DNA from: a virus
Taxonomy: Duplodnaviria; Caudoviricetes
DNA: 64,000 bases
Reading direction: 5' to 3' (one strand)
IMG/VR virus record: IMGVR_UViG_3300017700_000537
Coordinates: 1 to 64,000 of that record
Part shown: positions 17,416 through 26,375 of the stretch, piece after piece
How the letters are laid out: the number at the start of each line of letters is the position of its first letter
How positions within the stretch are numbered: the stretch's first letter is position 1
Program-made: the position numbers and the translations under genes
The notes under the pieces: generated by a model
What the model was told of the DNA's origin: nothing
Databases searched by the model: none
The model's input: only the letters and a program-made list of their open reading frames with translations

Positions 17416-19374
17416 ATGACAATCCAGGATGTGGTATGCTACGTACCGCCTCCTGGATTTGTATTTGACAGGTTCACCGGAGAAGTGGTGGAGGCCGAAA
17501 TCTACCAGCGCTCACCAATCCAGAAAGAGCAGAAATGGGAAATCCCGCCTGCCCCAAAGGACTATGACGACAAAAGGCTGGAAGAGGAGGAGAAACAGGA
17601 CTCCAACCCCAACTACGTTGACAATGAACTGGAATCCTACCGGAAACAGGAATGGTTCCGTAGGATGAACGGGTTCTGGTTTATGAACAACGGTGTGCCG
17701 ACCTACATCACAGGTGCCCACTATTATTACCTCGCCCACTGGAAAATCGACATCGGCCCACCGCACTTCTGGTATTCAGACCTTCAATCGTTCTATTTCT
17801 GGCAGTGCTGTGTGGAAGACCCGAGGTGTGGCGGAATGCTTGCGTTTGACCGAAGGCGTGCAGGCAAAAGCTGGAAGGCTTCATCCATACTCACAGAAGC
17901 CGTCAGTCGCCGCAAACGGGCCCTTGGCGGCATACAGTCCAAGAACTCCAATGACGCAAGGGACTTCTTTCAGTTGTTCGTCATAGAGGGGTTCCGGCAG
18001 CTCCCGCACTTCTTTAAGCCAGAGTACGACCGAAGCCAGGGTGACATTCCCAAGGCAGAGCTTCGTTTTTTCCCGACCACCGAGCGCGGCAGGCAAGCGA
18101 GGGGCAAGAAGAAGGTAGATGCCCTCAACTCCCGTATCAACTTCAAGGATGCCAGCGAAAGGGCCTATGATGGCAAGAAAATCCTGATAGGGGTGATGGA
18201 CGAGTTCGGAAAGCTGGAGGATGCCGACCTTGAGGAAAGGCACAGGGTATTGAAGTTCTGTATCTCGGACGGCCCGGCCATTATCGGCAAGCTGCTGTAC
18301 ATCACCACAGTGGAGGACATCAAGAACTCCAACTGCCTTGCCAAGGCCCAGAAACTATTCCAGGAGTCCGACCCCACCAAGCGGGACGGCAACGGCAGGA
18401 CAGAATCCTGGCTGTACCGCTTCAGGCTCCCGTTCTACGAATCCTACGAGATGGACGAGTACGGTATGCCAAAGCGTGAGGAATCCAAGCGCAAGGTGCA
18501 GAACACACTCGATGGCCTCATCGCAAAGGGTGACTTCGTTTCCATCGCCTCCGAGCGCCGCAAGAACCCGTGGAACGACGACGACATCTTCCGGGTGTCG
18601 GCCAACGCCCCTATCTTCGACATCATCAAGATTGCCGACCAGATTTCGCTCCTTTCGTGGAAGAAGCCGAGCGACCTCTACCGGCGTGGCAACTTCGTCT
18701 GGGAAGGTGGGCAGCGGGACACAAGGGTGAAGTTTGTTGAGATAGCCAACGGCAGGTTCCTACTAAGGACGAGAGAGATGGACGGGGTGCGCCAAAATTT
18801 GCAAAGACCAATAAATAAGCATAGATTTGCAATCGGTTGCGACCCTTTCGAGCACAGGGCGTCGTTCGAGCCGTCCAACGGGGCGGCGCACGTACTGAAG
18901 AAGTACGACCCGACCAGCCCGGACATGCAGAACGAGTACGTGATGGAATACTGCGCAAGGCCGCAACCAAACGTTTTCTTTGAGGACATGGTGCGGATGT
19001 GCGTGTACTTTGGCGCTCCGATGCTCTGTGAGGCGAACAGGATAGGCTTGATAAACTATTTCTCCGACAGGGGATACCACAGCTTCCTCACCTGGCTACC
19101 GGGGCAAAAAAATCCCGGCATATTCGCAGGGGAGAAGTCGAAGCAGCACGGAGCGGAGCGGATGGACAACTACGTGCAGGACCACTGCCACACGATAATG
19201 TTCCCGCTGTTGCTCAAAGACCTCTCGATGTTCGACCTGTCCGACTCCACCAAGTACGACCGGGCCATGTCGGCAATCTGGACGTTGGTGGCAGCAGGGG
19301 AGATAGCGCTGGAGGAGGAAACGCAGAAAGTAGAAGAAATAACTGACTTTTTTACGCCACATAGGATAAGATGA
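17416..19374 (+). CDS. terL: Terminase large subunit
   Basis: Walker A RRAGKSW, Walker B IGVMDEFGK, RNase H-like IGCDPF and D-x-A-M-S end motif. Confidence 0.9.
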   Translation: MTIQDVVCYVPPPGFVFDRFTGEVVEAEIYQRSPIQKEQKWEIPPAPKDYDDKRLEEEEKQDSNPNYVDNELESYRKQEWFRRMNGFWFMNNGVPTYITGAHYYYLAHWKIDIGPPHFWYSDLQSFYFWQCCVEDPRCGGMLAFDRRRAGKSWKASSILTEAVSRRKRALGGIQSKNSNDARDFFQLFVIEGFRQLPHFFKPEYDRSQGDIPKAELRFFPTTERGRQARGKKKVDALNSRINFKDASERAYDGKKILIGVMDEFGKLEDADLEERHRVLKFCISDGPAIIGKLLYITTVEDIKNSNCLAKAQKLFQESDPTKRDGNGRTESWLYRFRLPFYESYEMDEYGMPKREESKRKVQNTLDGLIAKGDFVSIASERRKNPWNDDDIFRVSANAPIFDIIKIADQISLLSWKKPSDLYRRGNFVWEGGQRDTRVKFVEIANGRFLLRTREMDGVRQNLQRPINKHRFAIGCDPFEHRASFEPSNGAAHVLKKYDPTSPDMQNEYVMEYCARPQPNVFFEDMVRMCVYFGAPMLCEANRIGLINYFSDRGYHSFLTWLPGQKNPGIFAGEKSKQHGAERMDNYVQDHCHTIMFPLLLKDLSMFDLSDSTKYDRAMSAIWTLVAAGEIALEEETQKVEEITDFFTPHRIR

Positions 19375-21629
19375 TAAACCAACATACATTTCCCGACGAC
19401 TTTGAGCCTATAAAAGGAAAGGAATGGCACCTGAAATACGCCAAGGCCGCCTGGGACGAGTTCAATGCGAGCGACTTCACCTGTCTGCACAAGGGTACTA
19501 CCACTGTCAGCACCGGGTACGGCAGCAGCGTCTATGATGTTATCGCCATGTACATGCAGGGCAGGCAGCGGATAGACCAGTACAAGCCGTTGATGGGCAT
19601 TGATGCCAACGCCACGGACACATGGATGAACCTCGACTGGACCATCCTTCCCATTATGCCAAAGCAGCTCCGGGTCTGCAACGGTATCCTCAACAAGATA
19701 AAGTACAAGGTAGGGTTCCAGCCATTGGACCAGCTTGCCGTGGACGCCAAGAACAAGTTCTTTGCGGAACTGAAGGCAAGGATGGAGCTACGGGCGCAGA
19801 TTACGGAGCAGGACCCACAGAACGCAGAGGCCATCATCAAGCAGCTCGGGCTGGAAAAGTCCACAGAGGAGCCGGGCGACATGGAAGAGCTGGAGATGAT
19901 GTCCCGCTACACGTATAAGTTCTATGCAGCGGAGGAGATGGAAGAGGATGTATCAGCAGTGCTGTCGATGAACAAGATAGAGTGGCTAAGGAAGGAAATA
20001 AGGAAGAACCTGCTGTACTATGGTGTGGCAGGCTACAAGGACTACATAGACACGAATGGGGCCCTAAAGGTGCGCTCCGTTGACCCACGCTCACTGGTTA
20101 TCTCTCCCTGCGAAAAATCCGACTTCTCGGACGCAAGGTACATAGGTGAGGTAGTTCAGATGAACCTAACGGACTTCGCACAGTCCAACCAAGGAATCCC
20201 TGAAAGGACACTGATAGACATTGCCAACCAGTTCATAGGCAAGTATGGCAACCCAGCCGTGGCCTGCTCGGCATACAACGACATCAAGAAGTTCACCATC
20301 CCAGTGCTCGACCTCGAACTTTACACGATAGAGGACAGGAACTGGGAGGTATCAATGACCAAGTACGGCGACAAGGCCGTAGTGCGGGCCCCAATCTCCA
20401 AGAGCGGGGAATCGTTCGTCAGGAACCGCATGAAGCTGCTGCACAAGCTGAAGTGGGTGATAGGAACGGAAGAAATCTGGGAATACGGCCTTTCCACCGA
20501 CATCAAGCGGGCGAAGGAGCAGCTTTCCGAGCTTATCCCGAACTATCATGTCATTGCGCCTATGATGAGCAACATGCGGGTGCAGAGCATCGGGCAGTTG
20601 GTGCAGCCGGTGCTTGACCAGATTCAGCTTTCTTGGCTTAAATACCAGAAGGCAAAAAGCGAGGCAAAGTCGCAGGGTCTCCATATCGAGATGGGGTCTT
20701 TAGAAGATGTTGGATACGGAAAGGGCGGAAAGACCATGAAGCCCAATGAGCTTGTTGACCTGTTCGAGCAGAAGAACATCCTCCTCTGGAGGCGCAAGGG
20801 ACGCTTCGGGGACGCCGACAACGGCAAGCCAATAGAAGTAGTGCCAGGCACGGGACTTGACGACGTACTGAACTGGTTCCAGGCGCTTCAGAACGAGATA
20901 CAGATACTGAAGGACATCATCGGCCTGAACGACTTCACGGACGCCTCCACACCGGATGCTAGGGCATTGGGAGCCACTGTCGCCACGGCACAGCAGTCCA
21001 CCAACAACTCGCTGTTCGACATCATAGACACGGACGTAGAGCTGTTGAAGCGGCTCTCGGAGTCCATCGTCATCAGGTTGCAGGACATGGCCGAGCTTGG
21101 ACTGTTGGACAGGTACGCTATGGCCATCGGGGACAACTCTGTGGACTTTATGAAGCGCATGGAGCATGTGAGCAACCATGACTTCGCAATAGACATCAGG
21201 GAGCTGCCCACGGAGGACGAACGGATGCGGATGATGGAGGACGCCAAGGCCATGGCTGGGAATGACCTCATCTCCTACGAAGACCTTGTGCTCATCCGCA
21301 ACACGGACGACATGAAGGAGGCGGAAAGGATACTGGCTTGGCGGATAAACCGCAGGAAGCGGGAGAAAATCAAGGAATCGCTCATGCTCCAGCAGCAGAA
21401 CGGCGACGTGCAGGCACAGTCCGGCATTGCTGTCGAGAAGGAGCGGCAGGCAACGGTCAAGACAGAGGGCGATATTAAGATAGAGGTGGCAAGGATTCAG
21501 GCGGATGCCGCCATACAGGTGGCGAAGATAAACGCAGGTGCCACGACCATCTCAAAAGCGATGGCACACGAAGCTGCGGACGAGGAAGAAGATATGGCCG
21601 AAGAAGGCCAAATGGCGGAAGCTGCGTGA
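19371..21629 (+). CDS. Portal protein (crAss-like size and position)
   Basis: 752 aa, directly after TerL, helical with a coiled-coil C-terminus. Confidence 0.8.
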   Translation: MINQHTFPDDFEPIKGKEWHLKYAKAAWDEFNASDFTCLHKGTTTVSTGYGSSVYDVIAMYMQGRQRIDQYKPLMGIDANATDTWMNLDWTILPIMPKQLRVCNGILNKIKYKVGFQPLDQLAVDAKNKFFAELKARMELRAQITEQDPQNAEAIIKQLGLEKSTEEPGDMEELEMMSRYTYKFYAAEEMEEDVSAVLSMNKIEWLRKEIRKNLLYYGVAGYKDYIDTNGALKVRSVDPRSLVISPCEKSDFSDARYIGEVVQMNLTDFAQSNQGIPERTLIDIANQFIGKYGNPAVACSAYNDIKKFTIPVLDLELYTIEDRNWEVSMTKYGDKAVVRAPISKSGESFVRNRMKLLHKLKWVIGTEEIWEYGLSTDIKRAKEQLSELIPNYHVIAPMMSNMRVQSIGQLVQPVLDQIQLSWLKYQKAKSEAKSQGLHIEMGSLEDVGYGKGGKTMKPNELVDLFEQKNILLWRRKGRFGDADNGKPIEVVPGTGLDDVLNWFQALQNEIQILKDIIGLNDFTDASTPDARALGATVATAQQSTNNSLFDIIDTDVELLKRLSESIVIRLQDMAELGLLDRYAMAIGDNSVDFMKRMEHVSNHDFAIDIRELPTEDERMRMMEDAKAMAGNDLISYEDLVLIRNTDDMKEAERILAWRINRRKREKIKESLMLQQQNGDVQAQSGIAVEKERQATVKTEGDIKIEVARIQADAAIQVAKINAGATTISKAMAHEAADEEEDMAEEGQMAEAA

Positions 21630-21659
21630 CCAAAACTTTCAATTTTTTCTGAAAGTACG

Positions 21660-21696
21660 ATACATTTGGAAGTTTCGGAAGTTTCCGTTAATTTTG
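21660..21696 (+). promoter_or_regulatory. Tandem Bacteroidota -7 elements (TACATTTG, TAATTTTG) before the head operon
   Basis: Two TAnnTTTG matches upstream of 21720. Confidence 0.45.
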
Positions 21697-21719
21697 CGAC
21701 AGCATCAATATAAATCAAT

Positions 21720-22751
21720 ATGCCAGAAGAAAATTTCAAGCTCTGGAAGGACGAAGACTTTCCAGAACCCCAGCCAACGGCTGAGATGACAACAGACGCT
21801 CCGGCTACCCCGGAAGCAGTCGAAATCCCGGCAGACCCCGCTCCAGTAGCAGAGGTGCCGGAAACTCAGCCAGAAGTGGCTGCCCCATCATTTGACATTG
21901 ACAAGGAGATAGAGACTAGGTTCGGACGCCCGTTGTCCGAAGTGCAGAAGGACCTCGAAAGGGTGCAGGAGCTGGAACGGCTTTCCCTGCCGGATGACGA
22001 GATAAGGGAACTTATCAAGTCGGACGAGTTCCTTCAGAACTTCGCAAGGGCGTATGGACGTGGCGGAAAGAAAGTAGCGGAGGAATACGTAGAGGCCCTG
22101 ACGAAGGACTTCTCGAAGTTCACTGCCGAACAGCTAGTGGAACACAGCGTTCAGCGGAGGATGCCAGGCGCACCAAAGTCCGTCCTAGAGGCAGAGTTCA
22201 AGAAGGAACTTGCGAGCATGGGGCTTACGGAAGACCTAGAGCCTGGGACGCCAGAGCACCAACGGTATTCCGAGTACCTTGCGTGGAAGGCCGGTGAGCT
22301 GAGGGAGAAGTTCTCGAAAGAGCAGGAATCCTTCAAAATCCCGGAAAGACAGAAGCAGGAGCCTTCGGCAGCACAGCCAATCGACCAAGAGGCGATCACG
22401 AAGTACGAACAGTCGTTGAAGTCAAGCCCTGACACATTGGGGCTTGTTGCATCAAAGAGTGTGTCGTTCGGGGATTTCACCCTTGCCGTCGAGCCCGAAG
22501 AACTTGTCAACCAGGCCATAGACACTACGGCCTTCTTCAAACAATTTTCAAAAAACGACGGAACACCGGATTACAAGAAGTTTTACGAGATGGCAGCCAT
22601 AGCCAAGGTGGGGCCGCAGAGGTTCGCAGAGATGGTCGCAAAGGCGGCAGAGGCGAAAGAGCGGTTGAAATGGGTGAAGGACATCAAGAACCCTTCGTCC
22701 GAACCAAAGGCGGCAATACCAGCGGCAGGCTTCACGGTAAGGGTCATGTAA
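21720..22751 (+). CDS. Putative scaffolding / head assembly protein
   Basis: Acidic, Pro-rich N-terminus; lies between portal and capsid. Confidence 0.65.
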   Translation: MPEENFKLWKDEDFPEPQPTAEMTTDAPATPEAVEIPADPAPVAEVPETQPEVAAPSFDIDKEIETRFGRPLSEVQKDLERVQELERLSLPDDEIRELIKSDEFLQNFARAYGRGGKKVAEEYVEALTKDFSKFTAEQLVEHSVQRRMPGAPKSVLEAEFKKELASMGLTEDLEPGTPEHQRYSEYLAWKAGELREKFSKEQESFKIPERQKQEPSAAQPIDQEAITKYEQSLKSSPDTLGLVASKSVSFGDFTLAVEPEELVNQAIDTTAFFKQFSKNDGTPDYKKFYEMAAIAKVGPQRFAEMVAKAAEAKERLKWVKDIKNPSSEPKAAIPAAGFTVRVM

Positions 22752-22778
22752 CCGGTTCCAGATTAAAGACTAATCAAA

Positions 22779-24134
22779 ATGGCCACATTCGGCGCAACTA
22801 CCAAACGGAACGTCTCCGCTGTCGATTTCCTCGACAACCGTGAGATTTTCAAGCAAATCATCGACATTACGAATGAGAAAGCCTCGTTCGCACGTATGAT
22901 GAACATCTGGGGACGATACACTATCACTTCCCAGCCAAACTACCACAACTTCGTCAACACGGAGCTGTTCAGCACAGAGACCATCTCGGACCCAGCAGTT
23001 ACCGTTCACACTGCCAACACCGACATCACTGTCCGTGTTTCCAGCGCAGACGGAACCAGCTTCTTCCGTGAGAACGAAATCCTCCAGATTCCAGGCGCAA
23101 ACCGCCGCACTGGCCGGGTAGTGTCAAAGACAGCGGATGCTGGCGGCGACCTTATCCGTATCCAGTCAATCACCGGCCTTTCATTGGAACTTGCCAACGG
23201 CCAAGTGCTTTCCGTTACCGGCTCCACAGCGGGTGAAGGCGGTACGTTCGTTGAGCACCGCAAGCACTTCCCTACGAAGCGCGTGAACAACGTCCAGGAA
23301 TTTGCCGAGAAGATTGCGAAAATCACCGACATCCAGAACGCTTCCAAGTTGGAGGTGTCCCCGGATTCCTACCTGTACTATGATGAGGCCCAGGGATTCT
23401 TGACAATGGAGAAGAACATCTCGAACCAGCTCCTTTTTGGAGAAGGAACAGGCGACAACTTCATCATTGCCAACCCTACGCACACCGACAGTGCTGGCCG
23501 TGCGATTTCCACCACACGTGGCCTCAACAGCCACATTGCAGCAGAGGGCATCAACTTTGACGGCGTTACGATGGGAGAGACAGTGCTGAACAGCCTGAAG
23601 CGCCAGTACGCTAAGAAGCGTGTACCGATGGAGTTTATGATGTTGGGCGGTGCTGAGATGAGCATCCAGAACAGTCAATACTGGTTCAACCTTCCAGGTG
23701 GCGCAGGCGGCGTATCCGATTCTGCCCGCTGGATGACAGGCGACGATGTGAACATCGGCGTTGAAGGCTGGAAGTACAACGGCATGAAGTTCAAGGTAAT
23801 GGAACTTGCTGCGTTCGACGAGCAGGCCATCACCAACTTCACAGGCTCGGCTGGCTACCAGAACATGGTGTACATCGTGCCTACTGCAAACGTGCCGCTT
23901 GTTGGCGGCGGAGCAGCCCCTGGCCTACGGGTACGCTACATGCAGGTGCCTGCCGGTAACGGTGCAAATGCCTCTTCTAACGGTATCTACCGTACCACGA
24001 AACTTGGCAACCTTGCCGACACGCCGACCAGCGATGAGCGGGTGTTGGAGGTCAACTGCCACACAATCCAAGGCTTGGAGTGCCTGAATGCGCCTCACTG
24101 CGCACGATTGATTCTCCAGTCCAGCGGAAGCTAA
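22779..24134 (+). CDS. Major capsid protein
   Basis: 451 aa, strong codon bias, follows the scaffold and is followed by a strong terminator. Confidence 0.8.
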   Translation: MATFGATTKRNVSAVDFLDNREIFKQIIDITNEKASFARMMNIWGRYTITSQPNYHNFVNTELFSTETISDPAVTVHTANTDITVRVSSADGTSFFRENEILQIPGANRRTGRVVSKTADAGGDLIRIQSITGLSLELANGQVLSVTGSTAGEGGTFVEHRKHFPTKRVNNVQEFAEKIAKITDIQNASKLEVSPDSYLYYDEAQGFLTMEKNISNQLLFGEGTGDNFIIANPTHTDSAGRAISTTRGLNSHIAAEGINFDGVTMGETVLNSLKRQYAKKRVPMEFMMLGGAEMSIQNSQYWFNLPGGAGGVSDSARWMTGDDVNIGVEGWKYNGMKFKVMELAAFDEQAITNFTGSAGYQNMVYIVPTANVPLVGGGAAPGLRVRYMQVPAGNGANASSNGIYRTTKLGNLADTPTSDERVLEVNCHTIQGLECLNAPHCARLILQSSGS

Positions 24135-24145
24135 ACAAAACCACG

Positions 24146-24173
24146 GCATGGGGCTTCGGCCCTATGCTTTTTT
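24146..24173 (+). terminator. Intrinsic terminator after the major capsid gene
   Basis: GCATGGGGC-TTCG-GCCCTATGC then a T-run. Confidence 0.85.
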
Positions 24174-24199
24174 CTTTTTTCAGCACCAATCAATAAAAA

Positions 24200-25006
24200 A
24201 TGATAAAGACAAAACAGTTCAACAAACTGCCGGACGGCTTCGAAATGCCGAAGCTGGGCAGGGACGAAGTGGCGGTGTTCGTATCGCTACACAACAGTAA
24301 GGGGCCGGACCAGACCCCACTCTACCCGACCTACGGTATCTCCAACAAGGCAACCATCATCACCGACGATGGTCCGGTCGAGATAGCCTACGTCACGCAG
24401 GATGCGCCAGATGGCAAGTCCCCGCAGCTTGGCGATGTCATCTTCGAGTCCTCGCAGAAGGGCACGATAATCTGCAAGGGTTCTTCGCCGTCCGACATCA
24501 GGAAGTTCGAATACCTCATGCTCCACCCGGCCAACGAGGCCAACGGGGGCAGCACGTACCGCAGGGAAACGCCTGGCGCCAAGACAAAGAGCGAACTTGA
24601 CAAACAGAAACTGGTGGCAGCAGCCGTAAACTTTGCCACAGATACCCCGCTTGATTCACTGAAATCACTGCTCGCAGAGCGCAGTATTGACACAAAGGGC
24701 AAGACCGAGGACGATGTGCGCTTACTGGCCCTTGAAGAAGGGAAAAAGAAGGCATTTGAGGTAGCAGTATCGCTGATAAACGCAGCAGATGCCGCCCTGC
24801 TCCGGGAAATGTACGAGGCAGGGGCCCTGAAGTGGAACGGCCAGAAGAAAATGGTCGTCTCGGCATTGACCGATACGGAATTCGGCGCAGCGGGGGTCCG
24901 TCAGACAGACTCTGACAAGGTAGGCAAGCTGCTGGATGCCGCATCAAAGAACACAGAACTGGCTTCACTGCTGCTTGCAGAGGTGGAACTGTTTAGAGAG
25001 CCATAA
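24200..25006 (+). CDS. Conserved phage protein following the capsid gene
   Basis: 268-aa ORF in the structural operon. Confidence 0.65.
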   Translation: MIKTKQFNKLPDGFEMPKLGRDEVAVFVSLHNSKGPDQTPLYPTYGISNKATIITDDGPVEIAYVTQDAPDGKSPQLGDVIFESSQKGTIICKGSSPSDIRKFEYLMLHPANEANGGSTYRRETPGAKTKSELDKQKLVAAAVNFATDTPLDSLKSLLAERSIDTKGKTEDDVRLLALEEGKKKAFEVAVSLINAADAALLREMYEAGALKWNGQKKMVVSALTDTEFGAAGVRQTDSDKVGKLLDAASKNTELASLLLAEVELFREP

Positions 25007-25007
25007 T

Positions 25008-26375
25008 ATGAACAATCTCCGGGTAACATTCGACAAGACGGACACCCAACTGCTTCTCAGCGACTCGCTGGAGACCGGCGAATGCCGTGTTGTCATCACC
25101 TACCCGGATGGGATTGTCCAGGACTTGGGCAAGATACTGAAATTGAGCAATGACTGGGCGTATTCTCTCGCCAGTAGGACCGATTTGTTCGGCAACTACA
25201 TGGAGGGTGAATACGCCTTTCTTTTTGAGAGGTACGATGTTGGCGGGACCACCCCGACATCCACAGATTCCGGCACGTTCACGCTTTCCGTGGACGCAGT
25301 GACGCCCGAGGTCACAGTGACGAACGATTCGCTCACGCCATCATTGAGGCTCACAGATTCCACTGATTGGAATGCAGAGATTGACGGCGTGTGGACGATA
25401 GACACACTGTTGAGGATTTGGAACGCACAGAACGGGTTACACTACTTCGGGCCCAGCTCGCAGGCAACCTTGAGCCTGTTCGATTCCGGCTATTTTACCG
25501 GAACCTACACCTACACCATCACGGCGGACACCGCCTATAACCACGAAAACGGCTGGGTGAGCGTAAAGCTGTCCAGTGAAACAAGCGGAGAATTCATTGT
25601 AAAACAACCTGTTATGCTACCAGAAATATTGGCATTGCTTAATTGCCTATACGCAAAAATCATCGCCAAGCAGTGCTGCAAGGATGCGACCTACGACGAG
25701 ATGCAGTCCGACTACATCAAGGCGAGCGCCATGTTCAGCTCTTTTGTGCTGAACGGCCAGGCCGATATAACTTCGAGCCAGGCGTCACTGTTGTTCGGCT
25801 CAGACTGCGAGCTCGGCATCCTCGGCATCCTCAGGAAGTGGGGATGCTACGATGACACGCTCACCGAGGCGCAACTTGCTTCCTACGACTATTGTCTGTG
25901 CGATACAGGTGGTGGTGGCGGAACGGTAGCATCAAGAGAGGGGTATGATGCCGGAAACGGCTGCTTCCTAACCTCTGATGCCACAGATGACGATGACCGT
26001 TGGACATTCGCAGTAGCATCAGGTATCGGTTCGTTCACGCAGAACCTTGCTGGTAGCCGTATTTTCGGTGGCACCGTCCGTGGTGACGATTCAACTGCCA
26101 CGCACACATCGAACTCTGCGACAAACAGCTTCAAGCTGAACGTTCCAGTCCCAGGTGAACTCGCCAACCTCGGATACGCATCTGCATTGTTGGCCAGCAC
26201 GAGCGTGTGGTCATCCCCAAACTCCGACCCAACAGCGGCAGCTCCTTGGGTGTTGGATGAGGGCAGTGTGCAGAAGCGCATTGTCGGCATAGCTTCCGGG
26301 GTAATTTCATTTGTCTTTGCCGGGATTGGGGCAACCTATCCAGACGGCTGGGCGATTACATTCGAAACACCATGA
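25008..26375 (+). CDS. Putative virion protein (beta-rich N-terminus, Cys-rich helix, Gly linker)
   Basis: Likely start MNNLRVTF; Thr/Ser-rich with a GGGGG linker. Confidence 0.6.
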   Translation: MNNLRVTFDKTDTQLLLSDSLETGECRVVITYPDGIVQDLGKILKLSNDWAYSLASRTDLFGNYMEGEYAFLFERYDVGGTTPTSTDSGTFTLSVDAVTPEVTVTNDSLTPSLRLTDSTDWNAEIDGVWTIDTLLRIWNAQNGLHYFGPSSQATLSLFDSGYFTGTYTYTITADTAYNHENGWVSVKLSSETSGEFIVKQPVMLPEILALLNCLYAKIIAKQCCKDATYDEMQSDYIKASAMFSSFVLNGQADITSSQASLLFGSDCELGILGILRKWGCYDDTLTEAQLASYDYCLCDTGGGGGTVASREGYDAGNGCFLTSDATDDDDRWTFAVASGIGSFTQNLAGSRIFGGTVRGDDSTATHTSNSATNSFKLNVPVPGELANLGYASALLASTSVWSSPNSDPTAAAPWVLDEGSVQKRIVGIASGVISFVFAGIGATYPDGWAITFETP

